Shown here piece by piece: positions 23,156 through 34,080 of a stretch of DNA of 64,000 nt (position 1 is its first letter; each line of letters starts with the position of its first letter). Both the position numbers and the translations under genes were made by a program. A model generated the notes under the pieces. That model saw only the letters and a list, made by a program, of their open reading frames with translations, ran no database searches and was not told where the DNA came from. Origin of the DNA: an uncultured Pseudomonadota bacterium. Lineage in GTDB: Bacteria > Pseudomonadota > Alphaproteobacteria > Rhizobiales > Xanthobacteraceae. The stretch covers positions 89,891 through 153,890 of the forward strand of contig CAWGGL010000047.1 in assembly GCA_963822085.1 (NCBI GenBank). The letters run 5' to 3'.

Positions 23156-24241
23156 TTGATCGCTTTGCCGCAACAAAAGCTCGACGCCCTGATCGCCCGC
23201 CATGGAATGCTGGAGGGCGAGTTGGCGACGCCGCTCGATCCCGACGCCTACGTCAAGCTGTCGCGCGAGTTCGCCGAGCTCGAGCCGGTGGTCGCGGCGA
23301 TCAAGGCCTATCGCGCCATGGCCAGCGAGATCGCCGATCTTCAAGCGATGATCGACGACCCTTCGACCAATTCCGAGATGTGGAAGATGGCCGAGGCCGA
23401 AATGCCGGTCCTGGCCGAAAAGCGCGACGACCTCGCGAAGCAGATTCAGCTTGTGCTGCTGCCAAAAGACGCGATGGACGACCGCAACGTGATCGTCGAA
23501 ATCCGCGCCGGCACTGGCGGCGACGAGGCCTCGCTGTTCGCCGGCGACCTGTTTCGCATGTACGAGCGCTACGCCGCCAAGCATGGCTGGAAGACGGAGA
23601 TCATCTCAGCCAGCGAGGGCACCAAGGGCGGCTTCAAGGAGATTTTTGCGGAGATTCGCGGCCGCGGCGCATATTCCAAGCTGAAATTCGAGTCCGGCGT
23701 CCACCGCGTCCAGCGCGTGCCCGATACCGAAGCATCCGGCCGCATCCATACCTCGGCCGCGACGGTCGCGGTGCTGCCCGAGGTGGAAGACGTCGACATC
23801 GACATCAACGAGAAAGATCTGAAGGTCGACACCATGCGCGCCAGCGGTGCCGGCGGCCAGCATGTCAACAAGACTGACTCCGCCATCCGCATCACGCACT
23901 TGCCGAGCGGCATCGTGATCTACGTGCAAGAGGACCGCTCACAGCACAAGAATCGCGCCAAGGCGATGGCCATGCTGCGCGCCAAGCTCTACGACGAGGA
24001 ACGCATAAAGCGTGACAGCGAGCGCGCGGCCGAGCGGCGCGGACAGATCGGTTCCGGAGACCGCTCGGAGCGCATCCGCACCTATAACTTCCCGCAAGGG
24101 CGCGTCACCGATCACCGCATCAACCTGACACTCTACAAGCTGCCTCAGGTGATGACGGGCGAGGCGCTCGACGAAATCATCGATTCGCTGGTCACCCAGC
24201 ACCAGGCAGACCTGCTGGCGGCGCAAGGCGCGGCGGCGTGA
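23156..24241 (+). CDS. prfA: Peptide chain release factor 1
   Basis: [21 protein letters not shown] (PxT motif of RF1), GAGGQHVN; likely TTG start 23156. Confidence 0.97.
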   Translation: MIALPQQKLDALIARHGMLEGELATPLDPDAYVKLSREFAELEPVVAAIKAYRAMASEIADLQAMIDDPSTNSEMWKMAEAEMPVLAEKRDDLAKQIQLVLLPKDAMDDRNVIVEIRAGTGGDEASLFAGDLFRMYERYAAKHGWKTEIISASEGTKGGFKEIFAEIRGRGAYSKLKFESGVHRVQRVPDTEASGRIHTSAATVAVLPEVEDVDIDINEKDLKVDTMRASGAGGQHVNKTDSAIRITHLPSGIVIYVQEDRSQHKNRAKAMAMLRAKLYDEERIKRDSERAAERRGQIGSGDRSERIRTYNFPQGRVTDHRINLTLYKLPQVMTGEALDEIIDSLVTQHQADLLAAQGAAA

Positions 24242-25116
24242 ATGCGATGACGCAGACGCCTGCCACCATTGCATCGGCACGGCGGGCGCTGCGAGATTTG
24301 CTGGCGCAAGCGGGCATCGACTCCGCCGACGTCGACGCACGGCTGCTGATCGCGCACGCGCTTCAAATCGACCGCGTCGCCATGATGACGCAAGGCGAAC
24401 GCGCGTTGACACCTGAGGAAACCAAGAACATCGACGCCCTCGCCGCACGCCGCTTGAAGCATGAACCGGTGGCGCGCATCGTCGGCGCCAAGGAATTCTG
24501 GAGCCTGACGTTCGCCGTCAGCCCGGACGTCCTGGTGCCGCGCCCGGATACCGAAATCGTGGTCGAGCTTGCGCTCGACATGATCGGCAGCGAGCGGCGC
24601 ACGGCGCCATCGCGCGTTCTCGATATCGGCACCGGCTCGGGCGCGCTCTTGCTGGCGCTGCTCAGCGAACTGCCCAACGCCACCGGCATCGGCACCGATG
24701 TCAGTGAAGGCGCGCTGGACGTCGCACGTGTCAATGCGGAACGGCACGGCCTCGCATCGCGTTGTCAGTTGATAAACGCCGATATCGCGACGGGCGTGCA
24801 AGGGCCGTTCGATCTGATTGTGTCCAATCCGCCTTATATCGCCCGGAACGATATTTCCGGGCTGGAAGCCGAAGTGCGCGATTACGATCCGGCCCTGGCC
24901 TTGGACGGTGGAGCGGACGGTCTCGCCTGTTACCGCGCCATTGCCGCCGAGGCGCGCCGCCTGCTGGCGCCGGGCGGTCATTTGGTGGTCGAAATCGGCA
25001 TTGGCCAGGACCGTTCGGTCGGCGGATTGTTTTCCGATGTGGGGTTAACGGTCGTTGAAACACGGCCGGATTTGGCCGGAATCCCACGCGCGCTGGCCGC
25101 GTTTTTCGCGCCATGA
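24238..25116 (+). CDS. prmC: Release factor glutamine N5-methyltransferase PrmC/HemK
   Basis: [34 protein letters not shown]; GTGA overlap with prfA. Confidence 0.96.
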   Translation: MNAMTQTPATIASARRALRDLLAQAGIDSADVDARLLIAHALQIDRVAMMTQGERALTPEETKNIDALAARRLKHEPVARIVGAKEFWSLTFAVSPDVLVPRPDTEIVVELALDMIGSERRTAPSRVLDIGTGSGALLLALLSELPNATGIGTDVSEGALDVARVNAERHGLASRCQLINADIATGVQGPFDLIVSNPPYIARNDISGLEAEVRDYDPALALDGGADGLACYRAIAAEARRLLAPGGHLVVEIGIGQDRSVGGLFSDVGLTVVETRPDLAGIPRALAAFFAP

Positions 25117-25661
25117 GCGCGGCGCATTGGCGCTACGCGAAAAAGCAAAGGCTCCAGAACGGTAAAAAAAGCACTTGGATTATGCCCTGGAAACGACTAG
25201 CTTCCTGCCACGGAATCGACCCGGGAACGGGTGCATCGCCACGACCCCGGAGCCATAGCCTCTTGATGAGGCGACCTCGAAGACGAGGGCTCTGTGCGGC
25301 GGCGGGACATCAGGGCGAATGAGTCTGGGCGAAAGAGGAAGTTGCCGGACGCCGGCAAGACGAAATCGCCAGACGATATCGCCAGATACGGGTCCAGATG
25401 CTTCACCGGTTGGGCGCATCAAATTTCTAAGACGGAAGCGATGCGTGTAACGAATGGTAGGCAACGCTGCGGCAAGTCCGCGGCCATGGGGTTGCTGCGA
25501 CTATCGCGATAACGATCGCAAACGTTGGGATCATTGGCGCGGAGATCCGGCTTAAAGCCGCTATCTGCGCGGTGGCGCTGGCATTGGTTTGCAAGGTCAG
25601 CAACGAGACGACCAGCGGGGCAAATCGCATGAAAAGCGAAGGGTGAATGAACAGGGATACC

Positions 25662-26321
25662 ATGAGAAACGGTCAGAAGCGCATGCGGGGACGCGGCAAT
25701 CACCGCAAGAGCCAGAACCCGATGACGCGGGTCTACGAGTCGAACGGACCCGACGTGAAGATTCGCGGTACGGCCTCGCATATCGCCGAAAAATACATTC
25801 AGCTTGCCCGCGACGCCCAGAGCTCCGGCGATCCGGTCGCCGCTGAGAACTACTATCAGCACGCCGAGCATTATTTTCGTTTGATCGCCACGGCGCAGGA
25901 ACAGCTTCGGCAGCAGAATCCCTACCTCAACCAGCCGCAGGGTCCGCAAGGCGCCGCCGACGAGTATGACGAAAGCGAGGACGAGGGGCAGCCCTATCAG
26001 AACGAGCCGTCCGTCACGCCGCGCGGGCCGCAGCCACAGCCCTACCTGCCGCAGGACGCGCAGCCTTTTCCGCCGCGCGAGCAGCCGGTCGTGCAGACGA
26101 TCCGCCAGCCGCAGCCCGGCGAAGGCGAGGAAGTCGGCGGCCTGCCGGCCTTCATCACCGGCAGCCAGCCGCAGCCAAACGGCCACGACCAGCAGCCGGA
26201 GAGCGGCAACGGCACGGGCACCGGCCATCGCCGCAGGCGCCGGCATCGCAGCAACTTCCGCGGCGAACGCGGCGAAGCTACCGGCGCCGCGCGGGCTGAA
26301 GGCGAGCAGCCGAGCGAATAA
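25662..26321 (+). CDS. DUF4167 domain protein with disordered Gln/Pro/Arg-rich tail
   Basis: VYESNGPDVKIRGTASHIAEKYIQLARDAQSSGDPVAAENYYQHAEHYFR; usual position after prmC. Confidence 0.92.
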   Translation: MRNGQKRMRGRGNHRKSQNPMTRVYESNGPDVKIRGTASHIAEKYIQLARDAQSSGDPVAAENYYQHAEHYFRLIATAQEQLRQQNPYLNQPQGPQGAADEYDESEDEGQPYQNEPSVTPRGPQPQPYLPQDAQPFPPREQPVVQTIRQPQPGEGEEVGGLPAFITGSQPQPNGHDQQPESGNGTGTGHRRRRRHRSNFRGERGEATGAARAEGEQPSE

Positions 26322-26340
26322 CTGATTGGAGAACCGATAC

Positions 26341-26381
26341 AGCGCCCGCGCGACTTGAGGTCACGCGGGCGCTTTGCGTTT
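26341..26381 (+). terminator. Rho-independent terminator between convergent genes
   Basis: AGCGCCCGCG..CGCGGGCGCT stem followed by TTGCGTTT. Confidence 0.7.
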
Positions 26382-27112
26382 AACCGCCGGGTGACGGCGC
26401 AAGCGCTGGCTCAAGCACGGGGACTAGCTTGCGTTTGAGACCCCGCGCCGGAATGGCGCGATAAACCTGCTTGGTGGCCACCACCAGATGCACGCCCGCG
26501 AATGGCGCCGAGACGCTGGCGCCCGTGCGCTCCCAGGCCGCCGCCGTGCGCAGGAACCAGCCGCGGTCGACCGGCGGCACGTAGAGCGCTTCGCTCCAGC
26601 CGGTGGGCGTGAACCAGGTTTCGCGCAGGAGCTGGTTGATCTGCGAGCGCGAGTAGGGCCGGCCGTGACCGAACGGCGTCGTGTCCGTGCGTGCCCATAC
26701 GCCACGCCGGTTCGGCACCACGGCCAATAGCTGCCCGCCCGAGGCCAGCACCCGCCACACCTCGCGCAGGAATGCCGCCGGGTCGTGTGTCATCTCCAGT
26801 TCATGCACCAGCAGAATGCGGTCGACCGCGGCGTCGGCGAGCGGCAGCTCGAACTCGTCCACCAGCGACGTCAGCGCCGGCTTCTGCGACGGCCATTTCA
26901 CCACGCCCTGCGCCGCCGGCATGAACGACAGGCAGCGCTCGGCCTCCTCGCGGAACAGGCCGAGATAGGGCGTCGTATAGCCGATACCGAGCACACTCTG
27001 GCCGCGCGTGTCGCGCCACAGCCGCGCGGATACCGCGGCCGATGAAGCGGCGCGCCACCACGCCCCGGCGCTGGCCATAGAAGTTCCGCAAGTCCACGAC
27101 GTCGATCGACAT
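26380..27112 (-). pseudogene. Class I SAM-dependent methyltransferase (YafS-like, divergent from gloB), frameshifted near 27021-27023
   Basis: MSIDVVDLRNFY..GRGIRA in one frame continues as LWRDTRGQSVLGIGY..LREVWRVL..PFGHGRPYS in another; one extra G. Confidence 0.82.
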
Positions 27113-27235
27113 GGGTTGAAAATACCACGAAATGCAGCAACAAAGCGCCCGCCGAACCGGCAGGCGGCGTGCGCCGCGCCTGACCCCGTGTTACGGTTAA
27201 CGTCGCCGAACGAACCCGACGAGGACGATTTTCCA

Positions 27236-28003
27236 ATGCCCGCCGAGACCCGCCTGTTCAAGTGCCTGAGCGACAATTACGGCGTGCTGCTGCACGACCC
27301 CGACACCGGCGCCACCGCCTCGATCGACGCTCCGGAAGCCGCGGCCGTCGAGAAGGCGCTGCAGGAAACCGGCTGGAAGCTGACCGACATCCTGGTCACC
27401 CACCACCACGCCGACCACACCGACGGCATCGAAGAGCTGAAAGCGAAATACAAGTGCCGCGTCGTGGCACCCGCCAAGGAGGCCGGCAAGATCCCGGCCG
27501 TCGACGAGACCGTCGCCCAAGGAGATTCCGTGTCGGTCGGCAAGCTCGCCGGCACCGTGCTGGAGACGCCCGGCCATACGCTCGGCCATATCACTTACTG
27601 GTTTCCGCAGGATCATCTCGCCTTCGTCGGCGACACGCTGTTCTCCATCGGCTGCGGGCGCTTGCTCGAAGGCACGCCCGAGATGATGTGGGACTCGCTC
27701 AAGAAGCTGCGCGACCTGCCGAACGAGACGCTTGTTTATTGCGGCCATGAATACACCGCCGCCAACATCCGCTTCGCGCTGTCGATCGACCAGCAAAACC
27801 CGGTGCTGGAAGCGCGCGCGGCGCAGGTCAAGCAACTGATCGAGGAAGGCGAACCCACCATTCCCGTGACCATCGGTGACGAGAAGCTGGCGAACCCCTT
27901 CCTGCGCGCCGACGTGCCCGACCTCGCGGTCGACATCGGCATGGCCGGCAAGCCGGCGACCGAAGTGTTCGCGGAAATTCGCGGGCGGAAGGACAGATTT
28001 TAG
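27236..28003 (+). CDS. gloB: Hydroxyacylglutathione hydrolase (glyoxalase II)
   Basis: DNY, THHHADH, TPGHTLGH, GDTLFSIGCGR, YCGHEYT. Confidence 0.96.
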   Translation: MPAETRLFKCLSDNYGVLLHDPDTGATASIDAPEAAAVEKALQETGWKLTDILVTHHHADHTDGIEELKAKYKCRVVAPAKEAGKIPAVDETVAQGDSVSVGKLAGTVLETPGHTLGHITYWFPQDHLAFVGDTLFSIGCGRLLEGTPEMMWDSLKKLRDLPNETLVYCGHEYTAANIRFALSIDQQNPVLEARAAQVKQLIEEGEPTIPVTIGDEKLANPFLRADVPDLAVDIGMAGKPATEVFAEIRGRKDRF

Positions 28004-28006
28004 TCT

Positions 28007-28109
28007 GTCATTCCGGGGCGCGGCCGAAGGCCGCGAACCCGGAATCCATAACCCTAGCGCTGCGGAGTATGGATTCCGGGTCCGCCGCTTCGCGGCGTCC
28101 CGGAATGAC
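28007..28109. repeat. REP-like paired palindrome (family B)
   Basis: GTCATTCCGGGGCGCGGCCGAAGGCCGCGAACCCGGAATCCATA ... TATGGATTCCGGG..CCCGGAATGAC. Confidence 0.85.
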
Positions 28110-28137
28110 CAAATGCGATTTGGTGACGCGAGCAACA

Positions 28138-28581
28138 ATGCCATCCCCCTTCCCCACCGCCGCCGACATCATCGCCAAGCTCGACCTGCAGCCGCACCCG
28201 GAAGGCGGGCACTTCCGCGAGACCTTCCGCGACAGCCACACCGTCGACGGGCGCGCGGCCTCGACCGCCATCCTGTTCCTGTTGGCGCGCGGCGAGCGCT
28301 CGCACTGGCATCGCGTCGATGCGGTAGAGATCTGGCACTACTACGCCGGCGCGCCGCTGGCGCTCTCGGTGGTCAATGGCGCCAGCGAAGAGATCCTGCG
28401 GCTCGGCGCCGACATTCATGCCGGCGAGACGCCGCAGGTGACGGTGCCCGCGCGCGCCTGGCAGGCGGCGGAAAGTCTTGGCGACTGGACCCTGGTCGGC
28501 TGCACGGTCGCACCCGGTTTCGACTTCGCCGGCTTCGAACTGGCGCCGCCCGACTGGTCGCCGAACGGCAACAAGCGCTGA
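28138..28581 (+). CDS. Cupin_5 (DUF985) family protein
   Basis: LQPHPEGGHFRETFR, SHWHRVDAVEIWHYYAG, LVGCTVAPGFDF. Confidence 0.92.
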   Translation: MPSPFPTAADIIAKLDLQPHPEGGHFRETFRDSHTVDGRAASTAILFLLARGERSHWHRVDAVEIWHYYAGAPLALSVVNGASEEILRLGADIHAGETPQVTVPARAWQAAESLGDWTLVGCTVAPGFDFAGFELAPPDWSPNGNKR

Positions 28582-28681
28582 CATCGCTTCCGATCACGCC
28601 CCTCACGCGTGCATCGCCGTCGCGCGCGGCTGTGCTATGAAACGCCCACGGGGGTCGATGCATCTGCGATCGGAGATTTCT

Positions 28682-29110
28682 ATGTCGAACGCGAGCGGCA
28701 GCAACAGCAAACCGGACGAGGCTCTGCCCACCGCCAATCCGGTCGGCCAGTATCTGGTCTATTTCGCGGCCGAACGCACCTTGATGGCCTGGATCAGAGC
28801 CGCCCTCGGTCTCATGGCCTTGGGCTTCGTCATCGATCGTTTCGGACTGGTAGTGCGCACCTTGACACCGCACGCCGGCAAGATCGCTGGGTCGTCCACG
28901 ATGTCGTTCCTGGCTGGCGCCGGTTTGGTGCTCATCGGCGCGCTGCTCGCGGGCGTCGCCGCCGTGCGGTACACGCACTTCATGTGGCGCTACCGGCAGA
29001 ACGGGGACATTGACCCGGGCTACGGCCTGGAACCCGCGATATTCTTCACGGTCGTCGTGGGCCTGATGGGGGCGCTCATCGCCGGCTATTTGATGACGAT
29101 GGCGCCCTGA
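28682..29110 (+). CDS. DUF202/YidH family inner-membrane protein
   Basis: YFAAERTLMAWIR motif, three TM helices. Confidence 0.88.
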   Translation: MSNASGSNSKPDEALPTANPVGQYLVYFAAERTLMAWIRAALGLMALGFVIDRFGLVVRTLTPHAGKIAGSSTMSFLAGAGLVLIGALLAGVAAVRYTHFMWRYRQNGDIDPGYGLEPAIFFTVVVGLMGALIAGYLMTMAP

Positions 29111-29211
29111 GCCGACGAACAATGTCATGGCAAGAAATTGCTTTTCGGCCGCAGTCGGAATGCATATTGTGCGCCCGGTCTTTGTGCACCCGGTCTTGGG
29201 GCTTAGGAACC

Positions 29212-29595
29212 ATGCGCCGGATGTGGCGAAAAAGCGTGACGTTGCTGGCGCTGTATGCCGTCGCGCTGCACCTTATTTTGCTTGGATTCGTCCCAGTCAG
29301 CCCCGGCGCCTTCGCTGCGATCGACCCGTTCGCCGTCATTTGCCACACTACCGGACCGGCCGTTAAGCCGGGCACGCCGCCGCCCGGAACGCTCAAATAT
29401 CTGCCGGGACGCGCTATCGATTACTGCAATCTTTGCAGCGCCGTCGCTCCGCCGCCCGCACCCGACACCGCGTTTCACATCGAATTTCGTTTCGAGCGCG
29501 TCCTGCTCGTTCTGCGTCCGGCCTCCGCGGCGCCGCATTGTGGTCTGACCTTCGGCTCCACGCTTATCCGCGGCCCTCCTCTCGCTCGCGCGTGA
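29212..29595 (+). CDS. DUF2946 family (CruR/CutF-like) copper-responsive leader protein
   Basis: N-terminal hydrophobic signal, ICH, CNLC (CxxC), Pro-rich linker, C-terminal RGPP; directly upstream of PCuAC gene. Confidence 0.78.
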   Translation: MRRMWRKSVTLLALYAVALHLILLGFVPVSPGAFAAIDPFAVICHTTGPAVKPGTPPPGTLKYLPGRAIDYCNLCSAVAPPPAPDTAFHIEFRFERVLLVLRPASAAPHCGLTFGSTLIRGPPLARA

Positions 29596-29708
29596 CATTT
29601 CGATTGATCACGACCGCTTGGAAGGGAAGCTCCCCATCGGGCTTCAACAAATGACGCGCCTCACGCTCTTGCGTCGATATCCAAGCGGCAAGCGATAGAG
29701 CAAGGAGA

Positions 29709-30209
29709 ATGACAATGACTATCGACAAGACCCTTTCCGACACGCCGCGCAACGCCAACCGCCGGCGGCCGAATTGGATGGCGCTGAGCGTCGTCGCGTT
29801 CGCGTGCCTGACAATGGGCGCGGCCGCATCGCAGGCGGCATCCGGCGTGACGGTCGAAAAGCCGTGGATGCGATTCATCATCAAGGCACGGCCGGCGGGC
29901 GGCTACTTCACACTTCACAACGGGACGTCCAAGGCCATGCAGCTCATCGGCGCGTCGTCGCCGGCCTGTGGCATGGTGATGCTGCATCAGACGAAGAACG
30001 AGAACGGCATCGAAAAGATGCTGCCGGTCAAGAGCGTCACCGTTGCCGCCCATGGCATGATCAAGTTCCAGCCCGGCGGATATCACCTGATGTGCATGAA
30101 GCCGAAGGATGCCATGGTCGTCGGCCACAAGGTGCCCGTGACGCTGAAGTTTGCCGGCGGCGGCGCGGTCACCGCGCCGTTCCCGGTCAAGGGCGTTGGC
30201 GGCAATTAA
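29709..30209 (+). CDS. Periplasmic copper chaperone PCu(A)C
   Basis: Signal peptide; AGGYFTL, MLHQT..M, FQPGGYHLM. Confidence 0.9.
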   Translation: MTMTIDKTLSDTPRNANRRRPNWMALSVVAFACLTMGAAASQAASGVTVEKPWMRFIIKARPAGGYFTLHNGTSKAMQLIGASSPACGMVMLHQTKNENGIEKMLPVKSVTVAAHGMIKFQPGGYHLMCMKPKDAMVVGHKVPVTLKFAGGGAVTAPFPVKGVGGN

Positions 30210-30334
30210 TCGCAATCCAAATGATCTTGCGATCCCGGGACGGCCGTGGGGGCCGTCCCGGAGCCCCCGCCGGCGTCACCTGTTCGACGTCATCGGCGCG
30301 CTCGCCGTCCACCGGCATTCCCGCTCCTGAATTA

Positions 30335-30760
30335 TCATCGGGAGGATTGCAGCTCGGTCAGCCTGTCGACCGCCGCGGCTGAAAGAGGCCGCGATTTCCG
30401 CGTTGTTTCGTCCATCAGCACGATCACGGTCTCGGCCGTTGCGGCGCAGATGCCGTTCTGGAATATCGCTTGCTCAAGCGTGAGGGAGCTTCGGCCGACT
30501 TTCTGGACCCGCGTGCCGATGTGAGCCTCTCCGGGCCAGTTCAGCTCCGCCTTGAACTCCAGCAGCAGCCGCGCGATGACGAACGCGCTCGCCGGCTCGA
30601 GGATCGGCCTGTCCCGGCTGTAGAGAATGCCGACACGGCCGGTTTCGAGCAGCGTCGCGAACACCGCGTTGTTGACATGGCCCTGCCGATCCGTGTCGCC
30701 GTAGCGGATCGTCTCCTTGGACCACGACGGGTACGCGGCAAGCTGTTCGTGTTCGATCAT
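30335..30760 (-). CDS. Acyl-CoA thioesterase (4HBT/YbgC hot-dog fold)
   Basis: IRYGDTDRQGHVNNAVF. Confidence 0.9.
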   Translation of the reverse strand: MIEHEQLAAYPSWSKETIRYGDTDRQGHVNNAVFATLLETGRVGILYSRDRPILEPASAFVIARLLLEFKAELNWPGEAHIGTRVQKVGRSSLTLEQAIFQNGICAATAETVIVLMDETTRKSRPLSAAAVDRLTELQSSR

Positions 30761-30992
30761 GTCTGGAACGCCTGAGGGCACAATGATAGGGACACGTTGA
30801 TCGGTTCTTGTCTCGGGACTATCCGTCACGTTTACACGCGGACATGCCGTCATAGAACGCGCGTTCCAAGACCCCGATCAACTAAGAAAGACCGTCGCCG
30901 CTTTGGTCGACGCCCTCTTCCCGTCCGAGAGAAAAGGCGCGAGCCCTCCGCGCAGAAAGACCCGCTCCGTCTGAATTACCGAGCAGCGGCTC

Positions 30993-31718
30993 TTATGCGA
31001 GATACTGCCCGCCGTTGGCGGTCAGCGTCGAGCCGGTGATGAAGGCGGCGTCGTCGGAGGCCAGGAACACCACGCAGCGCGCGATCTCTTCCGGCTCGCC
31101 CAGGCGGCCGACCGGAATCTGCGAGATGATGTTTTTCTCCAGCACGTCCTTCGGCACCGCCGCCACCATGTCGGTGTTGATGTAGCCGGGGCAGATCGCG
31201 TTCACGGTGATGCCGGCGCGCGCACCCTCCTGCGCCAGCGCCTTGGTGAAGCCAAGGTCACCGGCCTTGGCGGCGGAGTAATTGACCTGGCCCATCTGGC
31301 CCTTCTGGCCGTTGATCGACGAGATGTTGACCACGCGGCCGAACTTGCGCTCGCGCATGCCTTCCCACACCTGGCGGGTCATGTTGAACAGCGAGCCGAG
31401 ATTGGTGTTGATCACCTGCGTCCACTGTTCCGGCTTCATGCGATGGAACATGGTGTCGCGGGTGATGCCGGCGTTGTTGACCAGGACGTCGATGGGCCCG
31501 AGTTCGGCCTGCACCTTGCCGATGCCGTCGGTGCACGCCTCGTAGGACGACACGTCCCACTTGAACACCGGAATGCCGGTCTCGGCCTTGAATTTCGCGG
31601 CGGCCTCGTCGTTGCCACCGTAATTGGCCGCGACCGTGTAGCCGGCCGCCTTCAACGCCTTGCAGATCGCGGCGCCGATGCCGCGGGTGCCACCGGTGAC
31701 CAATGCTACGCGAGCCAT
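30993..31718 (-). CDS. phbB: Acetoacetyl-CoA reductase
   Basis: TGGTRGIG, NNAGITRD, NGQKGQMGQVNYSAAK; adjacent to phbA and phaR. Confidence 0.96.
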   Translation of the reverse strand: MARVALVTGGTRGIGAAICKALKAAGYTVAANYGGNDEAAAKFKAETGIPVFKWDVSSYEACTDGIGKVQAELGPIDVLVNNAGITRDTMFHRMKPEQWTQVINTNLGSLFNMTRQVWEGMRERKFGRVVNISSINGQKGQMGQVNYSAAKAGDLGFTKALAQEGARAGITVNAICPGYINTDMVAAVPKDVLEKNIISQIPVGRLGEPEEIARCVVFLASDDAAFITGSTLTANGGQYLA

Positions 31719-31800
31719 CTGTCGTTCCTCCCCGAGAAGTTTCTGTCTTGCGCCACGGCCGGGGCGAGCCGGCCATGACATGGATCAAAGATCCTGGATC

Positions 31801-31843
31801 AAAAAATTCAAGCGCGCCGGCGTTCCCTTGACCGGCGCGCTTG
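31801..31843 (-). terminator. Rho-independent terminator between phbA and phbB
   Basis: CAAGCGCGCCGG/CCGGCGCGCTTG 12-bp stem, then AATTTTTT on the minus strand. Confidence 0.7.
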
Positions 31844-31916
31844 CATTCTAGGCTGATGTTTCCGGCGCTGTCAGCGCTCGGCAACAGCTTTTTCGTGCGA
31901 CTTTCGACTCAGCCGG

Positions 31917-33181
<1,265 letters not shown>

Positions 33182-33411
33182 TCAGTTGCGGGGGCAAAAC
33201 CGTTTTGGCACTGCCGCATCCTTAGCGGCGGAGGGAACCCTGTCAACAACGGGTCTCTTGCAGATATGCCAGATAATTGGCCCTTTTTTCACGCTCCCGC
33301 AAGGGATGCCGCAGCGCCCCAATTTCCTGCCGCGCCGCCACAAAACGGCTGGCCGACCCCGCCGGATTGCGGTTATGCTTCCGATCTGGGCAGGGAGGAA
33401 CGAGTGATCTC

Positions 33412-33999
33412 ATGGCAGACAACGAAAAACAGCCAATCACGATCAAGAAATACGCCAACCGGCGGCTCTACAACACCGGTACCAGCACCTACGTAACCCT
33501 GGAAGATTTGGCGACCATGGTGAAGGCCGGCGAAGACTTCGTGGTCTTCGACGCCAAGAGTGGCGACGACATCACCCGGTCGGTGCTGGCGCAGATCATC
33601 TTCGAGCAGGAGAACAAGGAAGGCCAGAGCCTGCTGCCGATCACGTTCCTCCGGCAGCTCATCCGCTTCTACGGCGACAGCATGCAGATGCTGGTGCCGC
33701 GCTACCTCGAACAGTCCATGCAGTCGTTCACCGGCCAGCAGGATAAATTCCGCGAGCAGATGGCGCAGGCCTTCGGCGCCACCGGCTTAGGCCCGATCGA
33801 GGAGCAGGCGCGGCGCAACATGGAGATGTTCGAGAAGGCCTTCACCATGTTCACGCCCTTCGCGCGTGGCGGCCAAGAGAAGCCGACGGAAGAGAAGCCG
33901 CAAGCAACGGGCGGATCGGGCGGCGAGATGGACCAGCTCAAGCGCCAGCTCGAAGAGATGCAAAAAAAGATCGACCGGCTCGGCAACAAAGACCAGTAG
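33412..33999 (+). CDS. phaR: Polyhydroxyalkanoate synthesis repressor PhaR (AniA)
   Basis: IKKYANRRLYNTGTSTYVTL, DITRSVLAQIIFEQE; divergent from phbA. Confidence 0.96.
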   Translation: MADNEKQPITIKKYANRRLYNTGTSTYVTLEDLATMVKAGEDFVVFDAKSGDDITRSVLAQIIFEQENKEGQSLLPITFLRQLIRFYGDSMQMLVPRYLEQSMQSFTGQQDKFREQMAQAFGATGLGPIEEQARRNMEMFEKAFTMFTPFARGGQEKPTEEKPQATGGSGGEMDQLKRQLEEMQKKIDRLGNKDQ

Positions 34000-34029
34000 C
34001 GGCGCATCCGGTGTCTGGCGGACCCGAAT

Positions 34030-34069
34030 GCGCGGCCAAGGCGCACCGAAGGCGCGAACCCGGAATGAC
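34030..34069. repeat. Half REP-like element (family B)
   Basis: GCGCACCGAAGGCGCGAACCCGGAATGAC. Confidence 0.55.
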
Positions 34070-34080
34070 GAACGTCTAAG

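Noticed and set aside
29148-29162. Sigma-54-like TGGCAAGAAATTGC upstream of DUF2946
   Set aside because: The GG-to-GC spacing is one base short of the strict -24/-12 geometry.
30796-30882. Imperfect long inverted repeat between phbB and the thioesterase
   Set aside because: It is a single copy with no other supporting features, too weak to call an RNA or element.
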